Origin: Camelus ferus
Taxonomy: Eukaryota
NCBI RefSeq assembly: GCF_009834535.1
Contig: NC_045696.1
Coordinates: 85,066,001 to 85,130,000, forward strand
DNA: 64,000 bases
Reading direction: 5' to 3'
Shown: piece after piece, positions 40,870 through 53,654 of the stretch
How positions within the stretch are numbered: position 1 is the stretch's first letter
Layout of the letters: each line of letters starts with the position of its first letter
Translations under genes and position numbers: made by a program
The notes under the pieces: model-generated
Databases searched by the model: none
The model's input: only the letters and a program-made list of their open reading frames with translations
What the model was told of the DNA's origin: nothing

Positions 40870-41574
40870 ATTGTTATCAACAGGTAACCCTGAGCTGTCA
40901 GCCTGCTTTAGTAGGGGGTTCAGCTGAAGAGAGCTGCCTCACTCAACCCCCTTATTTGCATTTGGAACTTCCTGTCTGCCAATAAACCAACAGTCATCTC
41001 ATTTAGGGGCTAACTTATTACCAATGTTTGACCCTTAAAGGATCTCTGAACCCCAAATTTGCCTGCAGGAAAAGATGGGTTGCAATATTGTGCATCCCCG
41101 AGAACCATAAATGCCCACATTAAATTCCTCTAGAAAAGATAATGGGCAAGAAACATCCTTCAGAGGTCAAAGCCAGGGACCACAGAGAGCAATGGACAGG
41201 GACAAGACCCAAGTGTCACACTGGCTAACTTATTTTCAATGTTTAGGGCAAGAAATTTCCGTAATTTCTGTAATTCAATCCTTATCATTATCATGGACTA
41301 ATGATTCATTTATGTTTCCCATTACCTCCTTTTTAGAGGACAGTCTTAATTGTGGGCATCTGTTTGTAGTCTACCAGTTTGTATCTGGTTTGGCAGGAGG
41401 CAGAGAATTCATCTTTTATGTAGAGAATTCCTTGTAAGCCAAAGATCCTAGCTTTGAGTAACAAAAATTAACTCATTAGGCCATGTTACTGTCATGTCTC
41501 ATTTGGAGAGTAAGGGCGTCAGGGAGAGTGAGGGAGTGAGAAAAAAATATGTTTGGGTGGCCAAACTGGTAAAC
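40870..41574 (+). mobile_element. MLT1 internal (MaLR-int) remnant
   Basis: AAGCCAGGGACCACAGAGAGCAATGGACA...ATGGACTAATGA...GGCAGAGAATTCATCTTTT. Ends GGGTGGCCAAACTGGTAAAC directly before an MLT1 LTR. Confidence 0.6.
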
Positions 41575-41917
41575 CATGGAAGAAATTGCAAGTTCCCCTC
41601 CAATGCCCATTTCCCCCCTTTTCTTTCAAATAAGAGAGCTTCTGTGAGTTTAACTGATTTCATAGTAGCCGAGATAAATACTGCATTTTGCAATGTCCTT
41701 TGCAGGTAAGGGTGTCTATATAATTATGTTCTGGCTAATGGAATGTGAGTGACACGGTCACCTTCCTGACTCAGATTTAAGGAAAGGGATTATGATCTCC
41801 ATTAATTTTTTTCTCACTCTTACTTCCTGGATGAATGTATGGTGGGAAATAGAACATGTATTTTATGCAAAGATATTAAAGCCATATGTAAAAAATGGCA
41901 GATCAACAATATACAAA

Positions 41918-41955
<38 letters not shown>

Positions 41956-42093
41956 CCTTTGTCCTTGATACAACCACAGTAACAGCCCTGGACTGCTCAT
42001 GATGAAACTGTTACTTGATAGACAGACTCATTTAAGCCACTGCTGCTTTTGGATCTTTGTTACAGCAACTGAGCTTGAAACATAACTAACACA
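41575..42093 (+). mobile_element. MLT1 (MaLR) LTR, MLT1J-like, containing (CA)17
   Basis: CCCATTTCCCCCTTTTCTTTCAAATAAGA...GTTCTGGCTAATGGAATGTGAGTG...TTTAAGCCACTG...TTTGTTACAGCAACTGAGC...AACTAACACA. Confidence 0.8.
41919..41952. repeat. (CA)17 microsatellite
   Basis: Perfect CA run. Confidence 0.97.
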
Positions 42094-42314
42094 GAATTTA
42101 GTACCTGCATGGGTGCTGCTACACTGAATCCATAATACGTTTGCCATTGTCTTAATCTGTGTCCTAAGTGACTGTCTTATGCTACGTCTTAAGTGATACA
42201 CCCTCTGCCAATCAAATTTTCTTCTGTAAGCCACTATCATATGAAAATTAAGTAGTCTTTATATCTCCTAAATATCTTTCGATATGAATCTCCTCAGCAT
42301 CAACACTCAAACAG

Positions 42315-42520
42315 CTGGTCATTGTGCTAAATCCTTTATATGTACTATTTTATTTAATTTCCTCAAGACTTCATAATGAAGATCTCACTCACCTCATTTT
42401 ACGAGTTATGTAAGATGTATGAGAAACCATCCCAATATCTACAGGGAAAGCTAGTCAGTGCACAGTCACACTCTACTTGATATGGGCTGACTCCAAAGCT
42501 TGCGTTCTTAATCAGTACAC
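42315..42520 (-). mobile_element. MIR SINE
   Basis: CATTGTGCTAAATCCTTTATATG...CTCATTTTACGAG...CTGACTCCAAAGCTTGCGTTCTTAA. Confidence 0.65.
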
Positions 42521-43554
42521 CATCATATGCTAGGATATTTTACTTCTCACCTAAATATCACACTGCAAGTAAAAAGAAACTTATACTTAGCTACTAACTC
42601 AAAGATTTCTTCTTTTCCACTTATAGGAAAGTAAAGTGACCTATTGAAGTTGGCTTGTTCTATCCAAAAACTCTCCAGTGAATCCTTGTTGTCCTCAGGA
42701 GTGCATTTTTAGCCATATCCATTTATAGTTCCAACTCACTACAGCATTTTCCTGAAGATATTGATTGCAGAAACAAAGACAAAATAAAGATAATGATAAT
42801 AAAAATCCATGAATTTCATTTATTATCTCAGCAACTAGAGCAATAGGGGAGCGAAATGAGCAGTGAATAAGGATCATGTGCTGCCTCACAGAAGCAGATG
42901 GATGACCATCTGTGAGAAGTATTACAAGAGGAATTCTGTCCCACAGTGATGAGTTGGACTCCATAATTTCTAGGGACTGAGGGTCATTTCAAGTCCTTAC
43001 ATTTCATGATATCTTTCTCTCTATAGACACAAAGACACATAGATACTACATAGACAGGTTTGAGCTGTGGGTCCCTATGATGGTGGTTATCATCCAGGTA
43101 ATCCACAACTTCAGTTTTAACTACGTGAGGGCCATAGGTCAAATCCCTGGGCTCTTGTGAGGCAGAGATTTCAACTGGGATCCTACTTAAAACTGAAAAC
43201 CCCAAAGCCTGTACCCAGAATGAAACATTAAAATAAGCAAAATATTTTTTATTATTCTAAAGAGACAATTTAAAATCATTATTCACCTCTGTGTGGGCTC
43301 CAGGTAGAAAAGAATTCTCAGAAGTAAATGTAATCAAAACCTGTACTTTATTTGAGATTTGGTTTGAATTTCCACTGCCTCATGGTCTAGAAACTTCAAA
43401 GTTGTCTTAGTTATGTAATATAATGAGGAAATCCAAATAAAGAAGATAAAAAAAATCATTGATGGTGATGTTCCTGTATCCAAACCAACAAGGGGATATA
43501 GTGAAAATAAGTCTTGCCAAAAACTCTTACACTTTTTAATTACTATTATTCTTT

Positions 43555-43690
43555 AAATTCAGATATGGTTGACTAATAGCATTATATTAGTTTAAGCTAT
43601 GCAAAGTAATTATTCGATATTTGTTTATGTATTGCAAAATTATCACCACAATAAAGCTAGCTGATATCTGTCACCATACATAGTTACAAA
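43555..43690 (-). mobile_element. Short L1 3' end fragment
   Basis: GATATGGTTGACTAATAGCATTATATTAGTTT...ATCACCACAATAAAGCTAG...TGTCACCATACATAGTTAC. Confidence 0.75.
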
Positions 43691-44349
43691 ACAATTATTA
43701 ATTATTAAGCACTCAAATAATGAACTGACCAGAAGCAGTTCTGTGTCCTACTGAATAAGTCAAGAGTGACGCAAGTGCAAACATTTTCACGTTAGCAAAA
43801 TTGAAAATACGGGATTCACCGCTAGTCATTAAAACTCAAATAAAAGTTGCATCTCTGAAAGAAGAAATTGGAAACCTGAGGGAGAGAAGATGAAAGAAGC
43901 ATTTAATTTTTTAAAAATACCAAATGTGTTAGCAAGTATTTTTTAGAAATTAAAAACATTCAAATTCATAATAAGGTCTTTTTGGGGATTTCAAAAACCT
44001 GTTAAAATAAAATAACCAGAACAATAGCATGTAACTGGAGAGGAGGTACTCGATGTTAAAGCAATCAGCCTCCTATATTATTTAGCAGTTTTTATTTACT
44101 AACTTCAGAACTTTCGAATGCAATGACACATGATACAGCATTAAAGGAAATTATTGAAAGTATATCTTTAAATACATATCTTTTAAGATAGGGGGAAGGT
44201 AATAAGAACTTTAAAATACAACTAGAAGAAAAGAGTAAAAAAGAAGGCTTTTTCCATATAAACAAAAGATAAAGCATAGTAAATACAAAACACACACAAA
44301 TAAAAAAATAAATTAAACAAATTCAAATATAAAAACAGCCATATTATAC

Positions 44350-45030
44350 TTTTGCTTCTGGTTATAATGGAGTAGCTTGAAGCAATCAAACCATCCTGAA
44401 AACAATTAGGAAAACGTTTAGACTACATTTAAGGACATAAGAGAGCCTCTGGAGAAACCAGGACTGGAGAGGCCAAGGGCAAAGGGCCAGGCCAGCCTGG
44501 GGAGGTGAGTTGAGGTTCTGCAGGCACTTTCCCATCCTGCATGCAGGACCGAGGCTGAGAATACGGGCCCTTTGTGGGCAGAGGGAGGCTGCTCAAGGAG
44601 AAGAAAGCCACTGAGCTCTTTTGGTGGCCTCCAAAAGAATTAGGGAGACAGAATTAGAGACTGATGAACATGAGCTCAGTAAGAAGAGGAGACAGAATTA
44701 GAGACTGATGAACATGAGCTCAGTAAGAAGAGTGAGATGAAAAACTGAGCCTCATACAGGCTTGCTTTCAAAAAGACATTTATTAAGCTCTGAAAACGCC
44801 TGGGCAGAAGCAGAAATGTTTAACAACCTCACAAGAATTACATGAGATGTCCTGCAGTCTTGCCATGCTGGGTAGACAAGGATCAGAGTTCAGAATGTGC
44901 AAAAGGGAGGGGCTCAGTGGACACACCGGGATCTCAGCTGGACCCCCCTGGAGTGGGGGAGCGTCAGCGGCTGAGACGCACCAAAACCGAAAACAGGATT
45001 TCACTCCAAAATTTATACTCAATAAATAGT
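44350..45030 (+). mobile_element. Probable ancient L1 5' region remnant
   Basis: Begins CTTCTGGTTATAATGGAGTAGCTTG...ACAATTAGGAAA, similar to old L1M 5' ends. More GC-rich than the flanks. Confidence 0.4.
44644..44731. repeat. Perfect 44-bp tandem duplication
   Basis: GGAGACAGAATTAGAGACTGATGAACATGAGCTCAGTAAGAAGA occurs twice. Confidence 0.97.
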
Positions 45031-48000
45031 GCTAGAAAAGTAATTCATTTATACAAGAAAAAACAAACAAAATAACTTGTTCTGATCCCTTCCATACACT
45101 ATAAAGAAAATAAATTTGAAATGAATTAATAATGTTATTTATTACACAATTAAAATGTATCATCGACAAAAGCCGTTAAGGAAACACAAACATCCCACAA
45201 GGTAAACATATTTACAGGCAAATAGTGAACACATTTAGCAGCCATGACAACATATACTGAAGTGCCCACGGGCCTGCTAAGTCCTGACCACTACATTTCC
45301 TTAGCTAATTCTCAGATCCTGCCAGTGTGACACTGTCTTTGTCTGTCAATGTTCCACCATTTTTCATGACACTCTTCAAGATCTTATATAAAGTTTCTCA
45401 ATTCTGAATAGGGATTAGAAACTGTTAACTTATCTGTTTTCCTTATTGTAATTATTTCAATTAAAATCTAGTTCATGAATTCAATGAGTTAAATGAATAT
45501 GATTTATTTTATACTATAAAATTGACAGAAAAATCTTTTAGAAGCATATTTATGGATCTATAGATCCATAATGTTGGTTGATGTCTATTCAAGAAAGCTA
45601 AAAGCATTTTAAAGTAAATTATATTACATACATATGTATTTATATAAATTAGTCTAATACATATTGAAAAATCATTAAATATTTAAAAAGCCCATGTTTT
45701 TAATAAATCATATATAGTTATCGACTATATTTATAAGTTATAAATTAATTCAAACTTATTTATTCAAAACATGGATTTTTTTGAAAAATATTTTGATTTT
45801 CTTAATTTATATGCTATTTTATCATTTCTACACACAATTACTTGATCTAGTCTAGACACGTTATTGAATCTCTGCATAGATGATATCATATTTCTTTACA
45901 ATGGAACACTTCCTCTCCCCAAGTGTTATGACCAAAATAATCTATTGAACATCCATCAAGCTGGGATAACACTGCCATCTACTGGATAGGCTTATCAAAT
46001 TCAACAAAGTGTGAGGGCAGTACATGGGCACGTCCTTAACTCTGTAAGGGAGAGCACAGCTCCTGCTAAACACTATTTCCTAGCCTATAGCTATACTCCT
46101 TACATGATCTAAGACATCAATGAATGATTAAAGGCAGCCTTAGGAGGCAGAATATTTGGGCAGTAAGAATTCTTCTTAGATTTGATATCCACAACAAATC
46201 GAAAGCCCTTTGACGTTTGGCTGTCACAAACATGGTCCTTTTTCAGAGAAAGGAGTTACTACAAGGAGATAATTATTGTTAGGACTTTTACCTAAAAGAG
46301 TACAGAAATGAAAACTATCAAAGTTATATAAAGACATCATAGGTCAAATGCCAGTGTCTTCTATTCTTAACCAAAGGAGATGTTGCTATGATGTTTATAA
46401 ACAACATTTTGGTTGCCATAAACAGAACGAAACTTTAGAACATTTTTTTATTTCATCCTCCAGATTCAAGGAAATACATCTTGGCTAAAAAGCTAGAGCA
46501 ACTGGTCATAAAGAGAAAACCGTTTGAAAAGATGGAAGGAATTTTTTTAAAAGTTTGATGAACATGATTTTGCTCGGTAAGTATCAACTTATTGGAAATT
46601 ACAGAAAAATAAATTAATGACAACTGACAAATTACTGAAAAAAGATAATTACAAGAGAATATATATCCTTCAACAGGTGAAGAAAATTCCAATCTATAAA
46701 CAGGAAATTCAAGTTATTTATTGCTCAGATTGATAATAAAACCTCTTTTAAACTGAACACTAACATAAATCTATGAGCAAAAGCAAAAGATGTTAATACA
46801 AAGTGTAATTTCATTGAAATATTTTTATTTCAAATACTCAAAAATTGTATAAGCATCCAAACTATGCAGAATAGAGATGAGTGAAAAACACAGGAAATGC
46901 AAAACAGACTGGAGACATTAAAGGCCATTTATAATGCAGCTACAACTAAAGAGCTTTGATGATGTGGTAGGTGAGGAGTTACACAAAGAAGAATCAAAAT
47001 TCAAGAATTCTCTACTCAGCCAAAACACCTGTCATGCACTAAGCAAATAGATTTCCCTGACTCATAGTAGGTGCTTACAAATTATTCATTGATTAAAGTC
47101 ATTAAATCAAGACTTTAGTAACTCTATCATTCAGCTACCTGCCTGAATAAATTAACATAAATATAATCTCTCTTTGAATGAAAAATGAATCAAAATGCAA
47201 ACTGAAGAAAGAGGAAAAGAATGTAAAAAAGCTTAGTTTTGGCAATAAAGCCAGCTAAATGTAGTAAGTAACTACACAACTACTATAGTAAGCTGATAAT
47301 ATATTCTAAAAATAAAAAGTAATCAATTATAAATCATTTTTGAAACAGAAGATAGATTATAAAAACAAAGTTAATATTTACCAGCACCTAAATATCTCAC
47401 ATTTTATTTTGAAAATCCAGTTGGGGATTTTTAAAAATCCATATGGGGACTATCTGAAGAATTTTAGTATTCATGTTTTACAGACAGAGTCAGTGGATTA
47501 CTCTTTCATCCTTCATACTGTCAATAACAACAACAAAAATAGTTTCTGTTGGGGGGGTGGTTCTGGTTCATTGAAGACGCACAAAGCATTGATTACAATG
47601 GTAACTCATTTTCTCCCACTGTCTCTTTGGATTTGTATTGAAGGGTGTGTTTGTTTTTTTCCTGCTCTGGGATGGAAAGTTGGACAGGTGTCCTTAAATT
47701 TTATGATTACTTTTAGGTAATTAAAAGTAGTACAAGCACTTAAGATCATAAAATATATTTCTAATCCAAGAACTTAAAATGTCTAATACCAGGTAAAAAT
47801 CAAACAACCCAATATGATCTAAAGTTGAAACTTTTTCCTCATTCATATAAACCATTCTCAAGAAAGTAGGGTTATGACCAAGTTGCTCTCTTTCTTTCTC
47901 CTACATAAAGCTGCTTCTTCTCCCCCAGAAAAGTAACCATGGTATTTGACAATGTTGAGATTGGACCCAGGGATAAAAGGTGCAAAGGAAGAGGATCAGG

Positions 48001-49030
48001 AAAAATCTCACTTAAGAAATCTCACCGTGATGCACACAATCTCAGATTTAGCAGATGACTAACTGGTTGTGTTGTCTTGAGAAAAATGTCTCCTTCTGGG
48101 GATCTCACACTTGCAGTTTCCAGTGCAACAAATTCCCGCTGGATATTCCTTCAGGTCTCAGCCCCCAGGAATCCTTTCAGATTCTCTTTGCAGAGCTCTA
48201 TTGCCCTTGCTTGGGCAAAACCTAAAGTAACGACTTTCTGGCCACCAGTCTTGAGCTGATTCATGGGCCCCCAAAGAGATACACTGACGTACTTTCCCTG
48301 GCAAACTGTGGAGACGTAAACTACCAGAGATCCACCTTTATTCTGCTCCAATAAACCACTTCATCAGTCCCTCGCCCTTTCATATTTGTAAATCAGACAG
48401 CAGCTCAAGGTGTCTCCTCAAGTGTAGAGAAACACAAGTTATGCACTCCACGTGGTCTCCTTAGAGCCTCTTTTTGTTCGTTTGGGGTTGGAAAATACCA
48501 CCACCATCACTGCTCCCTGCCCACTCACTCACAGCACACACCACAAGCCCCAAGGATGCTTGCAAATCTCCAAATCTCAACCCAGGTGGTCTCTCAGTGT
48601 GAGTAGGATGAGGAGTTAGAGGGTCATTCATACAGGTGTGCTTTTGAAATTACAACCAAGCATACCACTTTAAATTTGCATCTAATTTGTTTCAGCAAAT
48701 TTTTACTTTTAAAAATGAGTATATATGCCACAAGATGGAATGCAGAATACACCCACGGTAAGATGGACTCTTAATAATTCTAGAATTTTTAAATTGAATA
48801 AATCGATCTCAGTTCACCAGAGCGAAGAGGGTAATGAACAAAACCTGTCTTAGAGTAGAAAACGAAAAATAATACTGCATTAATAACGATTGTAATAACA
48901 TAAAAACAGCAAGTATTGTTTTTTTAAAAAGATGAGTTATAGGACCAAGCATGTCATGCATCTCTCCCTTCATTTTACTTCACTCTGTCCTCTTTGCCAA
49001 TTCTCAGACATATCAGCCATGCACTAGTTA

Positions 49031-49031
49031 T

Positions 49032-49064
<33 letters not shown>

Positions 49065-49080
49065 TGTTTTTGTTTTTTTG
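49031..49080. repeat. (GTTTT/GTTTTT)n simple repeat
   Basis: Directly visible. Confidence 0.9.
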
Positions 49081-49089
49081 ACTGGAACA

Positions 49090-49460
49090 AATAAAAGCTG
49101 CACTTTTTTGAAGGCTTTACTCAGATGTTGTCTGTTCTATGAGGTATAGTACCACCCTCTTTGAAATTTCAAGCAGACTTCATCCCCTACACTCCCAATT
49201 CCCTTCACCATGATCTGTTCAATTTATCATTTTCAGGACTTAGCCTACTAACAAAATGCATCGTTTACTGACTATTATGTTAATTATCTTTTATTAAAAT
49301 ATAGTTGATTTACAATGTTGTGTTAGTTTCTGCCATTTGCAGCAACATGGATGGACCTAAAGATTCTCATACTAAGTGAAGTATGTTAAATTTTTAGGGT
49401 GTGATTCTTACAACTAAAACGTAAGAGCTGTATGGCAGAGACTCTTGGTAAATTTGCTCA
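49090..49460 (+). mobile_element. L2 3' region, interrupted by a tiny L1 at 49289-49381
   Basis: TTTACTCAGATGTTG...CAACTAAAACGTAAGAGCTGTATGGCAGAGACT resembles the L2 3' motif CTAGAATGTAAGCTCCATGAGGGCAGGGAC. Confidence 0.55.
49289..49381 (-). mobile_element. ~93-bp L1 insertion with an inverted segment
   Basis: A reverse L1 3' terminus (TTTTATTAAAATATAGTTGATTTACAATGTTGTGTTAGTTTCTG) is fused to forward L1 ORF2-end sequence (CCATTTGCAGCAACATGGATGGACCTAAAG...ACTAAGTGAAG). Confidence 0.8.
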
Positions 49461-49644
49461 TGGATGTCTTCATTGTGGTTAAAGTTGTAATTGCCATCTA
49501 ACAGATAATATTTGTTTGTTTGATTGTTTCTTTTTTGAATGGATGTAAAATAGAAAGATACCTGGCAATCAATTTATATTATTGTCCCCTTGATATATGC
49601 CATATAAGCAGCAATATTTACTGAAACTCGAAGTACATAAAAAT

Positions 49645-50205
49645 TTTTTTTTAAGTAGATGTTGTTTCTTTGGAGCAGTTCTAGGTTCACAGAAATATTG
49701 AGCAGAAGGTGTAGAGATTTCCCATATACCTCCTGCCCCGACGCATGCCTACTTTCCTTCATATCAATATCCCTCACAGCAGTGGTACATTTGTTACAAC
49801 TGATGAAATCTACATAGACACATCGTTACTAGCTAACGTCCATAGTTTACATTAGGGTTCACTCCTGGTGTTGAGCATTCTAGGGCTTTGGACAAATGCA
49901 TAATGACATGTATCCATCATTCTAGTGCCATACAGAGTCGTTTTACTGCCATAAAAATCCTCTGTGCTCTGCCTATTTATTGCCCCCTCCCTCTCTCCTA
50001 ACGCCTGGTAACCACTGATCTTTTTACTATTTCTACAGTTTTACCTTTTCCAGTATGTCATATAGTTGGAATTACACAGTATGTAGCCTTTTCAGTTTGG
50101 CTTCTTTCACTTAGTAGTATGCATTTAAATTTCCTTCATGTCTTCTCATGGCATGATAGCTTCTTTCTTTTTAGACTGAATAATATTCCATTGTCTGAGG
50201 TACCA
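49645..50205 (-). mobile_element. L1MC1/2-type 3' UTR
   Basis: GAGCAGTTCTAGGTTCACAGAAATATTGAGCAGAAGGTGTAGAGATTTCCCATATACC...GTGGTACATTTGTTACAACTGATGAA. Confidence 0.85.
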
Positions 50206-50549
50206 GTCAGAAAATCCCTTTTTATCCAGTGATAATATCTTTTTATCTACTTTGTGTTCATTCACTCCTTAATTTAAATTAATAAGTAGGTGCTTATAAC
50301 ACTAAAATATATATAACACCAAAATTTACATCTACTGTGTAAACCTTTTTTTTTTTTTACTATCTTACATATTTTTTTTAAAAAGTCCATGTGGATTTTC
50401 CAAAAGGTAGTCTAATGCACTTCTAATAATCAATTAAAAATGTTCTACTTGATGTCAGACCACTTCCTCTTGTTTCCCTAACTCGACAAATAGCACACAA
50501 GAAGAAAGAAAAAAATGCCACCTGCAAGAGCATTAACCATGACCTCTGT

Positions 50550-51100
50550 CTCCCACGCTCCCCATAATAAATAATTTACTGAATCATGTCAATTTTGGAT
50601 CCTCACTATTGCTAGCACCTAACTACTTGGTTCTGGATTCTTTAACACTTAGTTTATGTCATCGTCACTAATAAAGTAGATTAATACTATACTTTTCCAG
50701 CTAATACCTCTTCTCTAACTTATTCACTTCTCCAGAGCTACAGCAATCTTGGAAATACACAACACTGGTATTTATGAATTATTGTACTTCTTTTGGGCCA
50801 TATTCATCCTCTTAATAAAAAATACAAATCTCTTGGCAAAGTTGACAAGACACAGCCAGAGCTGACTCCTGCTCACCTGTCCAGCCTTGTTTCTGCACAC
50901 ACTACCTCCTCCCATAATATTCTCAGGCCAGACTGAATGTCTTTCAGTTTCTAGTTCTCCTCTTTTAGAGTTTTTGCATGCGCTGTTTCCACTGCCTGGC
51001 ATGTATTTCCTTCTTCCCAACAAACAAACTCGCTAAGAACTGCTCATCATTCATGTCTTAATGTGGAGGCTGTTTTTTTTAAGGAGTCTTCCCTGGTCTT
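50550..51100 (+). mobile_element. L2 LINE fragment
   Basis: CAGGCCAGACTGAATGTCTTTCAGTTTCTAG...TTTGCATGCGCTGTTTCCACTGCCTGGCATG. Confidence 0.7.
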
Positions 51101-51107
51101 CCTTTGA

Positions 51108-51450
51108 TTGTACTGGATGGTAATTAGCAGTGTTTATTAATGAGTGTTCCCGTGAACACCTGTGGAAGAGACAAGACGAAAGTCAGACAGAAGGAGGAAT
51201 CAAGCCGTAATATAATCTCAAGAGACTCCTGAGTCTACTAGTTGGTTGTCTGAAAATAGAATGACTGTGAGAATTGCCTGAGTTGAGGTGACTGAGACCT
51301 GGGACTTTATCCCCCTGCATTGATCAGCCACTGGATGCCAGACATCCCAGGCAAGGGGACTGAGCGAGGCAGCTCTCCTCAGCTGACTCCCTCCCCTAAC
51401 CCAGGCTGACAGCCGAGACAGCAATCCCAGCGGCTGGCATAATAAGTGTT
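51108..51450 (-). mobile_element. LTR16-like ERVL LTR
   Basis: GTTTATTAATGAGTGTTCCCGTGAACACCTGTGGAAG...CTTTATCCCCCTGCATTGATCAGCCACTGGATGC...GAGGCAGCTCTCCTCAGCTGA. Confidence 0.7.
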
Positions 51451-51451
51451 C

Positions 51452-51555
51452 TTATCCCAACTTTACAGATGAAGAAATTTTGGGACAAATATGTTGAGAA
51501 ACTCAGCCTGTTTACACAGCAAAATTGTTGGACCGAGGATTCAAACTAAGGAACC
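51452..51555 (-). mobile_element. MIR SINE fragment
   Basis: TTATCCCAACTTTACAGATGAAGAAATT...GAGGATTCAAACTAAGG. Confidence 0.7.
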
Positions 51556-53160
51556 TGGTCTCTTATTTCATAACATACACAAAATGAATTCCTGATGGAT
51601 TACAGCTATAAATATAAAAAGTAAAACAATAACGCTTTAAAATAAAATATAAGAAAACAAATTAATGTACTTGGAGTATTCCAATATTTTTAAAAATAGG
51701 ACTTTAAAGCAATAATCACAGGAAATATTTGATAATTTGAACTATATTATAAAAGACATCATCAAAAAGAAACATTAAATGACTAAAAAGACAAGCCACA
51801 GACATAATATTTAAAATAAATAGATTAACAAAGTCCTTGAATCCAGGATAGAAATAAAATTGTTAAGAAAATATTGAAGAATCATTTTTTTTTAAACTGA
51901 CCAAAGATTTGAACAGGTTCTTCACAGAAAGGAAATCCAAATGGTTTATCAGCATCTTCAAAAAGCTCCACTTTCACAGTTATCAGTAAAATGCAAAATA
52001 AAACTGCATTGAAATGCCATAATATGCCCCTCCAGAATAGCAGAAATGAAAACAAAAGCAAAAAAAGCAGAAATAAAATAAATAAGACATGGTAAGTGTG
52101 TAGAGCCACTGCAAATCTCATACACTACTGGTAGAGCTAGAATAACAGCTATCACTACTTGTAATTCCATCAGTTAGTTTTGCCTCTTTGTAAATTTTAT
52201 AATATTGGCGGCATGGGAAAGTAATACTAGAAAAGAACACAGGTAGAGACCCACAGATGCTGGTAATTTGCGGGTTCTTGACCTAGGTGCTGGTTACAAG
52301 GGTTGCTTCAATTTATGAGAATTCACGAAGCTGTGCACTTATAATTTGTGCACTTTTCTAAGTGTACTTCAGTTGTGCATTTCAGTTCAATGGAAAAGTA
52401 ATCACAAACAGTCTAGCTCCAAGGTTCATGATTTTAAGGACAAAGTCCATTTGTCATTTTATATATTGTTGGTAGGAAGCCAAATTGTTGTAACTGCTTT
52501 GTATCACAAGGTAAAATCATATGATAAAGTTGAAGCTTCAAATATGATGCGTTAGTTTTGTTCCTAGGTGTGCATCTGAGAAAAATTCTTGAACGTATCC
52601 AACAAATGACATGCAGAAGAATGCCCAGATCTGCATTATTTGTTAAAAGGAAGAAAAGAAGAAGATTAAAGATAGAAAATATGCCAACTATTTATCAAGT
52701 CAACAAGTAAATAAATTGTGCTATGTTAACATATTATATATTTGTGTTATACATCAGTGAACACAAACTACAGTCACCCACAACAATGTGGATTAATTTT
52801 AGCAATAAAATGTTGACTAAAAATTAAGTCCCAGAAGATTACACAAAGTATAACAATCTCCAAAACAATAAAAACTAAACAGTATAATATTTAGGCTTGT
52901 GTATAAGTACAACTAATTTTTTAAAATGCAAAGTTGTGATGCACATTAATTCTAGGTAGAGATTGTTGTACCTGCAGGGGAGGCAAGGATGTAGCTCATG
53001 AAAGGAGCACGTGGCAGATAAAACATACCCGTAGTGGTCTAGTGTGTGAGTTACAGTGTGGATTTACAATCGTTCATTTTCAGTTGTTTGTCTTACATTA
53101 TGTTTATAACTTTGTATATGTTTCATATATTTCTGTATATGTTTAATATTAAATTTTGAA
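51556..53160 (+). mobile_element. Ancient L1 (L1ME-type) ORF2 end and 3' UTR pieces
   Basis: CATACACAAAATGAATTCCTGATGGATTACAG...AAAGATTTGAACAGGTTCTTCACAGAAAG...TTGACCTAGGTGCTGGTTACA. Confidence 0.75.
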
Positions 53161-53654
53161 GATGTTGAAATTTAAAAAAATAGAACATCCCAAAACAGCT
53201 TGAGCTGTGATGGGAAAGAGAGAGATAAAATAAGAAAAGATGGAAAATAGACTCTTAAGGAGACCTGTCTGCAATAAAGAGTCAGTAGAAAGAAAAAATA
53301 ACAAGAGTCTCTTACGTAAGAGTGGGAGTAATTGTCAGAGGGAGATTTGTCAGAGGGATCTATTAAGAATCTCCCCTGAGCTGGACCAGGTGGGCACATT
53401 AGATTCCTTCTTCCCTAAGCTCCACTGCAGGCTCCTCTTACTGGTCTGCAAATTATCCTCTCCCTCTTTTGTGCTATATTTGGATATGCACAGGTTAAGA
53501 AAAATAATAAGAACAAAAGTAAACTTAAAACCTTTCAGCATTGTAACTTTGTTTATAGGACCATGTTCTCTACTTGTCAGATGATTCTTTCTACCATGGT
53601 ATTCTTAATATCTAGCATAATCATTGACATGCTGCAGGTTTTTAAAAACCAGTT

